The notes under the pieces were generated by a model, which was given only the letters and a program-made list of their open reading frames with translations, made no database searches and was not told the origin of the DNA. A DNA stretch of 46,113 nucleotides, taken from NCBI GenBank assembly GCA_043780775.1, contig JAYWCE010000131.1:1-46113 (forward strand), read 5' to 3'. Positions 11,153 through 21,266 of this stretch are shown piece by piece. The position numbers and the translations under genes are program-made. Numbering within the stretch: the stretch's first letter is position 1; each line of letters opens with the position of its first letter. This DNA comes from Candidatus Altimarinota bacterium. Its GTDB lineage: Bacteria > Patescibacteriota > Gracilibacteria > BD1-5 > UBA2023.

Positions 11153-11638
11153 ATGGACTGGAAAAAACTCACAGAAACAATGACACCATATATCTCCAAG
11201 ATGGATCCGTATCTCGACCGAGCAAAACAATATGGAAAAAAGGCTGCAGAATTCACAGAAGAACAGATACAGATGACACCTCTTTTTATCAAAACACAAG
11301 CTGAGTACGATACGCTCATCACTGAGAAGCGAGTTATACTCATTGCCTATGATGAGACGCAGCCTATAGCTCAGGAGATCCGACTCCTCTCTCTTCTCTG
11401 GTTGACTCGAGCATTCATGGATACAGCTCGACTCCGGTATGTCTCACTCGTCGAGTCGCGAGATCTTGCGACTCATCTGGGACTCATGAGTCCACTCGAT
11501 ATGCGAGTTATATTCCAGTGAGAAGAGACGTTTCACTCTACTGATATCACGGCAATCAAGCAGTGGTGGCAAGCTCCAGTATACATAAAAATAGAACCAA
11601 AAGACCAACCGATACTGGACCCACTCCAATCACTCTAG
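11153..11638 (+). CDS. Hypothetical protein, possibly thioredoxin-fold without CxxC
   Basis: 161 aa; TGA at 11519..11521 read through to TAG at 11636..11638. ...RVILIAYDE...DMRVIFQ[TGA]EETFH...IKQWW loosely resembles the thioredoxin strand / G-E / helix layout, but no redox cysteines are present. Weak call. Confidence 0.4.
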
Positions 11639-11665
11639 TCTCATAACTAACTAATATTCTCTACC

Positions 11666-11872
11666 ATGTTCAACGCCCTCGACATCCTCTATATGGTCCT
11701 CGCGATCATCCTGCTCCCGATTGGCACACTTATCTCGATGATCCTCTATAGAGTCTACAAGACGATGGATCGTATCGAGCGGATTCTCGGTTTCGCTGAT
11801 CGTGTTGTTGGCTATGCATCAGAGTTTGAGAAGATTCCATTGATGATTATACAGAAATTTATGGGGAAATAA
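11666..11872 (+). CDS. Small hypothetical membrane protein (68 aa, one TM helix)
   Basis: ATG..TAA ORF in the same direction as its neighbours. N-terminal hydrophobic helix ILYMVLAIILLPIGTLISMILY. No recognisable family. Confidence 0.4.
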   Translation: MFNALDILYMVLAIILLPIGTLISMILYRVYKTMDRIERILGFADRVVGYASEFEKIPLMIIQKFMGK

Positions 11873-11880
11873 TTTTTCAT

Positions 11881-12261
11881 ATGATTGCATTAATCAACAA
11901 ACAACCAGATATAAAAATATACATTTCAGAAGCACAAGTCTGATCTCTTTTGACTTGAGATACTATCACAGGCATGTCATGGTCTCATATACATAAAGTT
12001 GCCTCAGAGCTTTCATTAAAAATAAACACAACTATAAAAGATCCAACTCGAAATCTTGAATGGACAGAAATTGAAATATCTTCTGATAATGGACAAGAAA
12101 TACGCAAAGAATGAGCAATACTGTGACTGCGGTTCGGAGGAGCACCCAAACTCAGTATCGTTGTACGAGAGAGAATATCGGAACTCAATATTTGAAAGGA
12201 TGATAAAGATCAATTACAGTGGTGATTAGAGAGCTTAGAAAGCGCATTTCAAAATGACTAA
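11881..12261 (+). CDS. Hypothetical protein (126 aa, visible only under code 25)
   Basis: ATG at 11881; 6 in-frame TGA; TAA at 12259..12261. Fills the gap between co-directional genes, whereas the standard-code ORFs here (11985..12188-, 12016..12213-) are antisense to the operon. No family recognised. Confidence 0.4.
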
Positions 12262-12267
12262 CTATTT

Positions 12268-13458
12268 ATGTATTCGCTTCGTGTTCTTTTTTTCTCACTT
12301 CCACTCTACTTCTCTCATGTATTCTCACCACTTGGTCTGACTATAGGAGAGAGTTATTCGTTCGAGCGATACAAGGTATATTTCTTCCTGATCCTACTCT
12401 TCATTGCATGTATAGAGTGACTGATACGTTATCCATGTCGTATTTGGGATATCGTACGCAAATATGCTCATACTATTGCTCTCTTGCTCGTTATTCCCAT
12501 TGTATCGGCACTCTATTTTAACTGATCTATCGATATGGCCTGGTTGCTTGGAAGTTATGAAAAACACCATGGGTACCTCTTCTATAGTAGTATTCTCTGG
12601 CTCATTCTCCTCCTGATAGCGAGCCCGAGAGAGCAACTGAGACAATATATCTCATGGAGCACTGCAAGTGCTATTCTTGTTGCCCTGATCGCTCTCTGAG
12701 AGCATATGGGTGGCATATTCGATATCTATGGGAGATCGGATATGCTATCGATGTATCCTGGGCGATCATCGAGCACGCTCGGCAACCCGAACTATGTAGC
12801 TGGGTACCTACTTCTTTTTATTCCATTGCTTGCTTGGATTCGTTCTCCTGAGAGATGGATCGTACTCGGACTCCTATCACTCGCCATAGTGACAACAGGG
12901 AGCTATATTGCCATTGCTCTACTCGGACTCTATTTACTCTACTCTCTGCTTCGTTATGTTGGTATTTCAGCTGTGATTTCGCTCGTTGGGGTTCTGGTTT
13001 TTGCTCTAGTTGGTAGCTATATCGGGAGCCTCTATCTCGATTCTGAGAAGATACTATCACTCACGAGTCGGTTCGTCCTGATGCGAGAGAGTATTTCTAT
13101 GATGCTGCGAGAGCCGATTTCATTTTTGATCTGATTCGGTCCTGATTCAATAGTATCTCATTTTACTACTGCTCGCTCGCTCATCGTAGATGCCTATTTT
13201 CCTCCTACAGGCCTGATCGATTCCTCTCACAATGTATTTCTCGATATACTATTCCAGTATGGGATATTGCCACTTACTCTACTCGGATATACTCTGGTTA
13301 GTCATTGGAAAAACCAAAAAGAAGAACTGCAGACTGCAATTCTTCTTGGAGGAGCATTTCTCGCACTCAATGTATTCGTATTGGTACATCTCATGGTGTT
13401 GGGTTTGATCGTGATAATATCTGCTGATTACCGTTGACCTCGCAAAAAGTCGATATAG
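12268..13458 (+). CDS. Wzy_C / O-antigen-ligase-like polytopic membrane protein (possible protein or cell-wall glycan ligase/polymerase)
   Basis: 396 aa, 5 in-frame TGA, many hydrophobic helices. SSSTLGNPNYVAGYLL and SSHNVFLDILFQYGILPL match the conserved GNPN-hA and HN-hL-h--E-G motifs of the Wzy_C family. TAG at 13456..13458. Confidence 0.6.
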
Positions 13459-16400
13459 TTGCGTAGGGTAGCCTGCTCGAGTGATATGTATGTGTGATAT
13501 TTCCCTGTGTTTCATCTTACTTGCCTCTTTTGTTGTTCCATCGAACGCAAGATAACAGCATACTCTATTTTCCTTGTTTCGATACTATTTTTGTCAGATC
13601 GGATTTGCATGATGAGTGGGAGAATCTGCTGATCAAAAATTGACTCAGAAGAGAGACTCAGATCTATATTTTTTAAAAACTTGGTAATCGATGATGTAGT
13701 AAGTCGAGCTGGAATGAGTACCGGTACCTGTAGCTGTTGTATGGTTACTCAGGTTTTTGCTGGTACCCCTAGAGTCAAGCTAGCTGTGACGGGACTAAGA
13801 AAGGATACACTACTATTTCCTCCTCAGCCACCACCTGGTCCACTCGATGACCCTCATGATGTAGGAGGTATGACAATTGGCACTAGCGGTGCCCCTACAG
13901 CAAAAAGTGAGAAGTGATCTGTCGTGAATGTACAGGTTTCGCCTGTTACGATACAGATAGCAATCTGAGTAAATGGAGTCGATGAATCAGGTGATCGATA
14001 GACAGGAAGTGTAGATCCATTCGTCCCACTGACCCGTATCGAGATCGTAGCGAGTCCTCCAGAGAGTATGAGAGAAGTAGTCTCATTACCGATCATATAG
14101 ATCGATTGGACTCTTGTACTCGTTGCTCCTAGTGTGATCCCTGTTGCTGATGAAATGAAGATCGGTGACTGGATGATCCCATCCCATGCACCAGAGCTCG
14201 TGATCGTGAGTCATCAGAGAGGTATCGTAGCTGTAGCTCGACTCGCACCGCTCTCTGTGAGGATGATCGTCTGAACTCCAGTACCATAGGTCACACCGCT
14301 CATAGTACTCCCAGAGAGATAGACTGATCCAGATGATGATACATTGCCCGTCCCCGTCTGTGGGATGAGACGAGGAATACGGAAGGAGTAGGTAGGAGAC
14401 TCTGGAGACGAAAAGAGTCGTCCATGAGATTGCATCCTGAAATAGTATGTCGTATCTGGTGTAAGATGAGTGAACTCAAATTGATTAGCACCAATTCCAT
14501 CTTGTTGGAGATAGTATCATTGAGTCTGAGATATATCCCCCAGTCATCCCATACACATAGCAAATCAATACATATGTCATCTTGAGGTGTATTGGTCAAG
14601 TGGGGTACTTATACTACACCCTAGTTCAATAGCTCTCCGAGCATACTGGGCCAATACCCCAGTTTCAGTGATAATATTGCTATTACTGCCAGTATCTGTG
14701 CTTGCTATTTCTCCTATGCTACTGAGGAGTATAGCATAGATCTCACCATGAGTTGCAACACTACTGGGACGGAATGTACTTGTTGTTGTCGTTATTATAC
14801 CAGCTTCAGCGAGAGCCTCGATATAGCCACAATTATCTCAAAGATTGGATCTTACGTCAGCAAATATATTTCATTGACATCATGTGGGAGTATATCATCA
14901 TATTTTTGCTGCGATCATGGCAAGTTCTGCCCGAGTGATAGTGTTTTCGAGGAGGTATCAGTTCTCCGTCGCTTGTACAGAGATGATTCCATTGGCTGCG
15001 AGCGTCTGTGCCGCTCAGAGGTATCCTGATGCTCATTGGAAATCAGCATTCTTTGAGATCGAGAGATATTGTGAGGCATCCATATTGGCAGGATTTGTTT
15101 TGACCTTGATCTTGACTCCAGATTCACCTGAAAGAGTGAGTTTATCGAGAGATATAGTAGGATGTTCGAGGGCTTTGAGTATTCCTATGATATTGAGTCG
15201 TTTACCTCCATATATCTGGCTTATAAGTTGAGGCTTATCGTCAGCTCCATAGAGGATCGCATTCTTGATATCCTGCACACTCGCTGTCGGTGAATAGCTC
15301 CATGCGAGAGCCGCAGCACCAGCGACATGTGGTGAAGCCATGGAGGTGCCATCATAGCTATCATAGCCACCTGAAATAGACCGATCTATCTGGATATCTT
15401 TTACAAAACATCCATAGTTTGGTATTCCACTTTCTGTAGTATCTACACTATCTGTGACCCATTTGAGTCTGATATCAAATGATCCTGTAGCATTATAGAG
15501 ATCTGTGTTGGCGGTGACACGATATTGTGCGATAGCTCCAGTGTGTCCATCGATATTGAGCCATCGACCCGATGGCTCATAGTAGTTGAATCATTCATTG
15601 ATCCAATCCACTCGACTATAGAGACCTCCGTTGTTACTGAGGAGTATATCAATCTGATCATCTGTAGAGGGTGTATCACACCAAGTTGTGATGAGTACCT
15701 TAGCGACATCTCGATTGGGGTTGGCGATAGTTTTCTCGATATATGATGACTCTCATGATACATACGGCGTACGCACATCCGCCCAGAGCACAGAAGATAT
15801 ATCCATCACTTCACCTGATACGACAGCATGGGGTCGTGTGGTCCAGGTATTTGGACTGGATCAAGCTTTCCTCGTCCATCCATTGGCATAACTGATGAGT
15901 TCTGGGGCACCTACAATACTCCTAATAGGGACACTACTATAGATATTGACTCCTGGTGCTGCGATCTGGACTGATTTTGTCCCATAGTTAGAGAATGATG
16001 CGAGGTTATCATTTTGATCAGTAGCTCCTACAGAGATGACATTCTGCAGAGCAGGGATGATGTCTTCTCATGAGAGTACAGCTCGCTCTCTATCGATAAT
16101 AGTTTCTCATGATACGACCGTATCACTTCCGAATCCTGCAGGGAATGATTTATATGTACCATCACTATTCATACCGCTATTACCTGCTGCTGCCACGAAA
16201 AGTCCAGGAAAATCTTGTATAGCCCCATACATGAGATAGTCAAAATCTGACTTTGTATGTGTCGATCTCATGATACCGAGACTTGCATTGATAACTCTGG
16301 CTCCATTTTTGGCAGCAAAATTGATACCACGGATGATATCGGAGGTTGTACCTCCATATGGACTGAGTACCTTTACTGCCATGATCTGTACATTGAGTGC

Positions 16401-17501
16401 AACACCTGTTACACCATCACTATTGCTCACTCCTCCGATAGTACCAGCAACATGTGTCCCATGTCTCATATCATCCATTGGATCGAGATCATTGTTTGTG
16501 AAGTCATACCCATGGATACATCCTCCGAGGGTTGCCCCAGTATCTGAGAGACAGTTGGCACCATCCCACATATGTGGTGCGAGATCAGGATGACGATATG
16601 CGACACCCGTATCGAGTACCGCTACGATCACTCCAGATCCGATCTTGTTCCCCGCATAGGTGATCGCCTCAGGATAGTCGATATCGGCATCAGGAGTACC
16701 AGTGATACCATTGACAGATTGTCCTTGATTATCCAGAGCCCAGAGTTGAGGAAATCCAGAATTGACAGTTGCTTGTGTCTGATAGACAAAGTTTCGTTGT
16801 ACATGTTCAACTCGAGGATCTGTTTTGAGTTCTTCGATCTTGTCATCGATAGCTTGCTCGAGTACTGGATCTACGGAACCAGTATGAACAAAAGAATCTG
16901 CAATACTCATTGATGAGACCATATCGATGGTAGCAGGATTGTCGATCTCCATAACGGCGATATTTTGCTCACTGATCGTCTCAGTCGTCTTGAGATCATG
17001 TGTATTTTCAACCTGATCGACCTGATATTGTCCAATATATCCATCAATATCTGTCTTGAACTGTACGAGGATCTGTGCCTCAGGATGGGTATCTGTCGGG
17101 TGTGAGGACATCTTCAGAGATGGATCCGAGAGGTCCAGTTCACTCTCTCGATCATTGATCGATCCAGTAGTAGTGATGCTCTCTGTATCTATGGGAGGAG
17201 TTATTGAAGAGATGATATTCTCTAGTATCGTAGTGCCACTACTAGTGGCACTATAACCAGAGCTTGTGATTGATCCTGTGTCTGTCGTTACATCTTCACT
17301 TCTCATGGAGCCGTCTTTCGAGGGAAGATGGCTCGTAGTACCAGAGTCCGTGATAGCTACTGGTAGAATCTCTGTGATCACTACTGGCACATCGATGTGG
17401 GGAATATCCTCTGCGAAGATGATCTGTGATGGAACGAGGATAGTAGAGACAAATGCTGTGAGTAGGATCTCAGTTGTTAGGATATGATAGATATTTGGCA
17501 T
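13428..17501 (-). CDS. Secreted subtilisin-like serine protease (peptidase S8) with SLH-like repeats, FN3-like module and C-terminal extension (1357 aa)
   Basis: Signal-like N-terminus. Catalytic triad motifs VIVAVLDTGV (Asp), HGTHVAGTIGG (His) and GTSMASPHVAGAAALAWS (Ser). Then ...ITRAELAMIAAKI.. / ..FADV...GYIEALAEAGII...THGEIYAIL, which are SLH-like. FEFTHLTPDTTYYFRMQS is FN3-like. A Gly run is partly encoded by TGA. 23 in-frame TGA, all after codon 464. Frame checked codon by codon on the mirror copy 28614..32687. Stop is TAA. Confidence 0.8.
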
Positions 17502-17509
17502 GGGGGGGG
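17502..17509 (-). repeat. C8 homopolymer (G8 on the plus strand) abutting the S8 protease start codon
   Basis: catGGGGGGGGt on the plus strand; on the coding strand it reads ...attaCCCCCCCCATGcca. A G/C homopolymer of this length stands out in AT-rich sequence. Confidence 0.9.
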
Positions 17510-17562
17510 TAATATGTAGATATATAGTCTTATCCTGCCATATTTATTCACTTTATACAATA

Positions 17563-17594
17563 AAAATCACTTGACTATTAGATCAAGTGATTTT
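17563..17594 (-). terminator. Rho-independent terminator downstream of the sigma-r4/HARE-HTH gene
   Basis: AAAATCACTTGA (17563..17574) pairs with TCAAGTGATTTT (17583..17594): a 12-bp stem and 8-nt loop. On the minus strand the hairpin is followed by TTTTTATT. It sits 17 nt past the stop codon at 17611. Confidence 0.7.
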
Positions 17595-17610
17595 ACGGAT
17601 AGTATGATTC

Positions 17611-18651
17611 CTATTTTGATTGGTAGAGATTGCGTCCAACTCGTTCCACATATTTCTTGTTCTGGAGATTCATATAGATCGTAGTGATCTTAACTTGACG
17701 AACCTTGAGCACACGATCGGTGATCTCTTCTGTTGAGAGGGCAGCACCTGCCTTTTTGAAGATCTCGAGGATAACATCGAGCACAGTCCCATCCTTATAT
17801 CCCCACTCTTTGAGTACATAGATACCACGACCGATAAGTACAAATTCATTATTACGAATGAGTTCATTATGAATTGTAGATGTTTTTACTGGTTCATTGA
17901 ATCTTTCTGTTATAGCTTCCGCAATATCGAGAAAGTGCAGAGGCTCTTTTTTCTTTTTGAGGACATAGATAGCCTTATCTTTCAGGGTTGCTGGATTGAG
18001 AATTTTCCATTTTTCGAGACCGATATATTTCTCCTCTCCTTTCACGATATCGAGGAATATATCCATGATTGAATCGAGGATGATATTCGAGAGATTGCCG
18101 AACTGGGCAAAGAGAGCGAGGTGGATGGTATCGTAGAGCACTACTGCTTCCATTATATCTCCCTTCTTTTTGAGAATCTTGAGAGCCTCTTTGTGTACTG
18201 CTTCTACCATTTTCTTGGTCACTTCTGCGAAGTGAAAATAGGTATTCGTTCCAAGCTGGGGCTTGGATCTCTGGAGGTTGTAGTCAGCCTGGAGAAGTAC
18301 ATCGATGATATTATAGTTGAGTGATCACTCAATGCCGATATCAGCGATTATGGCAGATATGAGCCGCTCTCGAGTCATGATACCGCCATGAATCTGGAGA
18401 ATCTTTTCTCCAGATTCTTGGATCTTCATGAGGGGGCTCGTTCGCATGATGCGACCGATTTTTTTGATACCGACATCCTCGATTTGACGAACTCGTTCAC
18501 GGGTGATACCATAGGTATCACCGATCTCTTGGAGTGTCTCTCGTTCTCACTTGAGCCCGATACGACGGATTATCACAGAGCGTTCTTTCTCAGCGAGAGA
18601 GGAGAGAATCGTCTCGAAAGTATTCTGGATCTCGGTTGCTACTGTAGACAT
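17611..18651 (-). CDS. Sigma-70 region-4-like HTH fused to HARE-HTH (RNA polymerase delta-like) domains
   Basis: 346 aa, 2 in-frame TGA. N-terminus LAEKERSVIIRRIGLK[TGA]ERETLQEIGDTYGITRERVRQIEDVGIKKI is a sigma-70 r4 HTH. Later LHFLDIAEAITERF...TIHNELIRNNEFVLIGRGIYVLKEWGY and LSTEEITDRVLK...YMNLQNKKYVERVGRNLY are HARE-HTH-like. Stop is TAG. Confidence 0.6.
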
Positions 18652-18736
18652 ATTGAGTGAATTAATTGGATACTTTTTCGATTCCACCGAGAGCTATTAC
18701 TTGACTAATAATATAGTTTTTCACACAAAGTCAAGT

Positions 18737-19249
18737 TTAAATTGGGAGGCTCATATTCTTTTTATTTTTTTCATCATCAGTAAGTATTCAACGATATTCG
18801 AGGAGTTCATCATGAGTTTGATGGTCTATATAATATATATCTGTATTGGTAGCCTTGTTTGACTGAGAAAAAAAATGGGCAGAAATAAGAATACAAATCA
18901 CGGATGAGAAGGCTATCTTGTAGCCTATTCCTAGTGTCGCTCAGTGGGCAGCTATTTGTGTATTATATATAGTATTGATAATGATCAGATTAATAAGCGT
19001 CGAGAGAAGTATGCTCGTAATAAAAACAATGGCTTGAGTATCGGAGAGCCTAAACGGCACAAGCGTCCTTATATATTCTTTTTTAGTATGAGAAAGCAGA
19101 CAAAAAGGAATTATGACCATAGCAGTGACTATGAGATATCCAATATAGAGTGAATATGATGAAAATGCGTAGTATTGTTCAATGGCCCCATCAAGATACG
19201 CTAAACGGAACCATGGAAAGAAAATGGATGCAAAAAGTATACACTCCAT
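18737..19249 (-). CDS. Hypothetical polytopic membrane protein (170 aa)
   Basis: ATG at 19249. Several hydrophobic helices. TGA at 18941..18943 and one further TGA are read through to TAA at 18737..18739. No family recognised. Confidence 0.45.
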
Positions 19250-19540
19250 TAAGATGATTGCACGTCCTGAAAGGGGAAGTTTTCCAGCTCAAATATTGAT
19301 ACGTGATAAAAACAAAAGAATTTTTGTTTTTAATTTTCGATTTTTGGAATTTGTAATATAATCAGACATAGGCGTTAGGATATATATATTTTCTTTTTTT
19401 TCAAGAGATATGTTACAAAACATATGGATACATATTGGTTTAGTTTTTTTTTGATATATTCATAGGTCTTCTAGTGGACTTATGTCCATTTTTTTCGGTA
19501 AAAAAATCCCGATAATATCAGAACAATACTCCATTACACA

Positions 19541-19549
19541 TGATATAAT
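19541..19549 (+). promoter_or_regulatory. Extended -10 promoter element candidate upstream of the prepilin-type gene
   Basis: TGaTATAAT (TG at 19541..19542, TATAAT at 19544..19549), about 90 nt upstream of ATG 19642. Poor -35 (gaacaa). Confidence 0.3.
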
Positions 19550-19641
19550 CTCTATTGGCCCTGCTTCATTCGTTCAGAAGCCAAATGCCATAAAGCTTGG
19601 ACGAGCCTTATTTGTTCCACTACTTCTCATTTCTCAGCTCT

Positions 19642-20844
19642 ATGCTCGCAAAACAAAAGACCCAGAATAATCGTGGATTCACAATCCTTGAGCTGATGAT
19701 TTCTATGACACTCTTTGCGATGATTATCACAAGCGTGATTCTCGCTGTCGAGAATTTGTCGATTGCTCGTATTAAGACTTTGAATCGAGTTGCACTCCTT
19801 GAGGAGCTTTATTTTTTCTCTGAAAAGATTTTCACGAGTATTAAAGATGGTGGAACCCTTGATTATGAGGAATACTGGAATCGTCAGGCGGTATGAACTA
19901 TAACCGGGAGTTGACACTATCGGGATCCTACAGGGATAGGAAACTATGGGAAGAATGGTATTCTTGCTACTACAACATACGGTACCGGAATATATCTCTG
20001 TAGGTCGAATAGTGCGGCAAGCATGGGAACAGGATGATGCCTCAGAGATAATAACAATGGAGGCAATGGGTATCTCTCTGGAGTAGTGTTGCCACCCAAT
20101 TTTAGTTGATCATATCAACGATATGGAGAGTATCTCACTCAGTTCACCGACTACAATGGGAATGCGGATGATGATCTCTGAAACGAGGATAGCGATGCGA
20201 GTGGATCTATCATCGGAGATGATGATGATCGAGCTATCGGAGATGTTCCGGGTATTCTCACGGGTTTTATGCAAGAGCTCTATCTCATAGACAAGACAGC
20301 CAAAAAACGAACCTATCTGCGTTGGAATATCCAGCAAGATCCGAATAATACAAGCGTCCCTTGTGCTATCACTACATCTGCAAGTGGTAAGACAATTACA
20401 GGAAGTGGGTGTGTCGGCAATATCCAGGTACTCAAGCTCAAGTGACTCGATATCGGTTATTCCCATTCGGGAGGTACAAACGATATTACTGCCTATGATG
20501 GAATCATTGATACCTGGGTCTGTATAGAAGATGCTCAGTGCAAATGACCATCTGTATGAACTACTGATGAGATCGCAACTGGATCTGGCGATGAGTGGCT
20601 CGATCTCTTTCCGAGTACGATCAATGTTAAAAATCTCTCCTTCCAGATTTATCCGATCAAGGATCCATGGCTCTCTTGGGCTGCTCAAGATTGCAGCGGA
20701 GCTACCTGTATCAGTCCATTCATTCACCCGTATGTTCGGATGAACCTAGAGATGGGTTTTTCTTGGTGAAAAAGACGTACTCTTCGCAATGAAGACCCAA
20801 CAATATCGATAGCAACGAGTATTTCGCTCTCGGACTTTGAATAA
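19642..20844 (+). CDS. Prepilin-type N-terminal cleavage/methylation domain protein (large type IV pilin / pseudopilin-like, 400 aa)
   Basis: MLAKQKTQNNRG|FTILELMISMTLFAMIITSVILAV is a class III (prepilin peptidase) signal, G-F-T-hh-E. 9 in-frame TGA. Several Cys pairs. Asp-rich insert NADDDL[TGA]NEDSDASGSIIGDDDDRAIGD. TAA at 20842..20844. The track ORF start at 19597 is a TTG upstream of the signal. Confidence 0.75.
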
Positions 20845-20858
20845 ATTACACAAATTGG

Positions 20859-20886
20859 TTGACAAGATCACACTTTTCTATACAAT
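20859..20886 (+). promoter_or_regulatory. Sigma-70-type promoter candidate for rpmH-rnpA-yidC
   Basis: TTGACA (20859..20864), 16-nt spacer, TACAAT (20881..20886). Lies 33 nt upstream of the rpmH ATG. Confidence 0.45.
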
Positions 20887-20918
20887 CCCGAAGCTTTTTT
20901 CATAAAAAATAATCTCAT

Positions 20919-21176
20919 ATGATAGGAAAACTCAAAAAAAGAAAACGACTCCGTGTACACGGATTCCTCGCTCGTAAAAATACAGTAGACGGACAAAAGG
21001 TCCTCCGTGCACGTCGCCGCAAAGGTCGTCATGTGCTCACTGTTAGCTACCTCAATCGATACAAAAATATCAGGGGAAAGAGCAAGCATCATAATGTTGC
21101 TGGTGGTACTGCTCGTATTGTGACTGTTCCTGGACTCACAGAGCGATTTCGTGGTTCCAATAAAACAGCGAAATAA
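20919..21176 (+). CDS. rpmH: Ribosomal protein L34 with an unusual ~40-aa C-terminal extension
   Basis: [43 protein letters not shown] matches the L34 core (KRKR-HGFR-R..T..G..VL..RR.KGR..LTV). The ORF continues to TAA at 21174..21176, giving 85 aa. Canonical position upstream of rnpA-yidC. Confidence 0.85.
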   Translation: MIGKLKKRKRLRVHGFLARKNTVDGQKVLRARRRKGRHVLTVSYLNRYKNIRGKSKHHNVAGGTARIVTVPGLTERFRGSNKTAK

Positions 21177-21266
21177 TTTTGAGTGATTTTGTTTCTCTGG
21201 TTATAGTATAACTGGATCCGATTATTCGGATTACAGAGTAAGATACAGTATTTGCTATTCCAAAGT

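Noticed and set aside
20110-20727. 205-aa ORF on the minus strand (mirror copy 25388..26005)
   Set aside because: It is antisense to the prepilin-type gene, whose frame carries a textbook class III signal and stays open for 400 codons under code 25. It has a low-complexity, Ser/Ile-rich translation typical of a shadow ORF.
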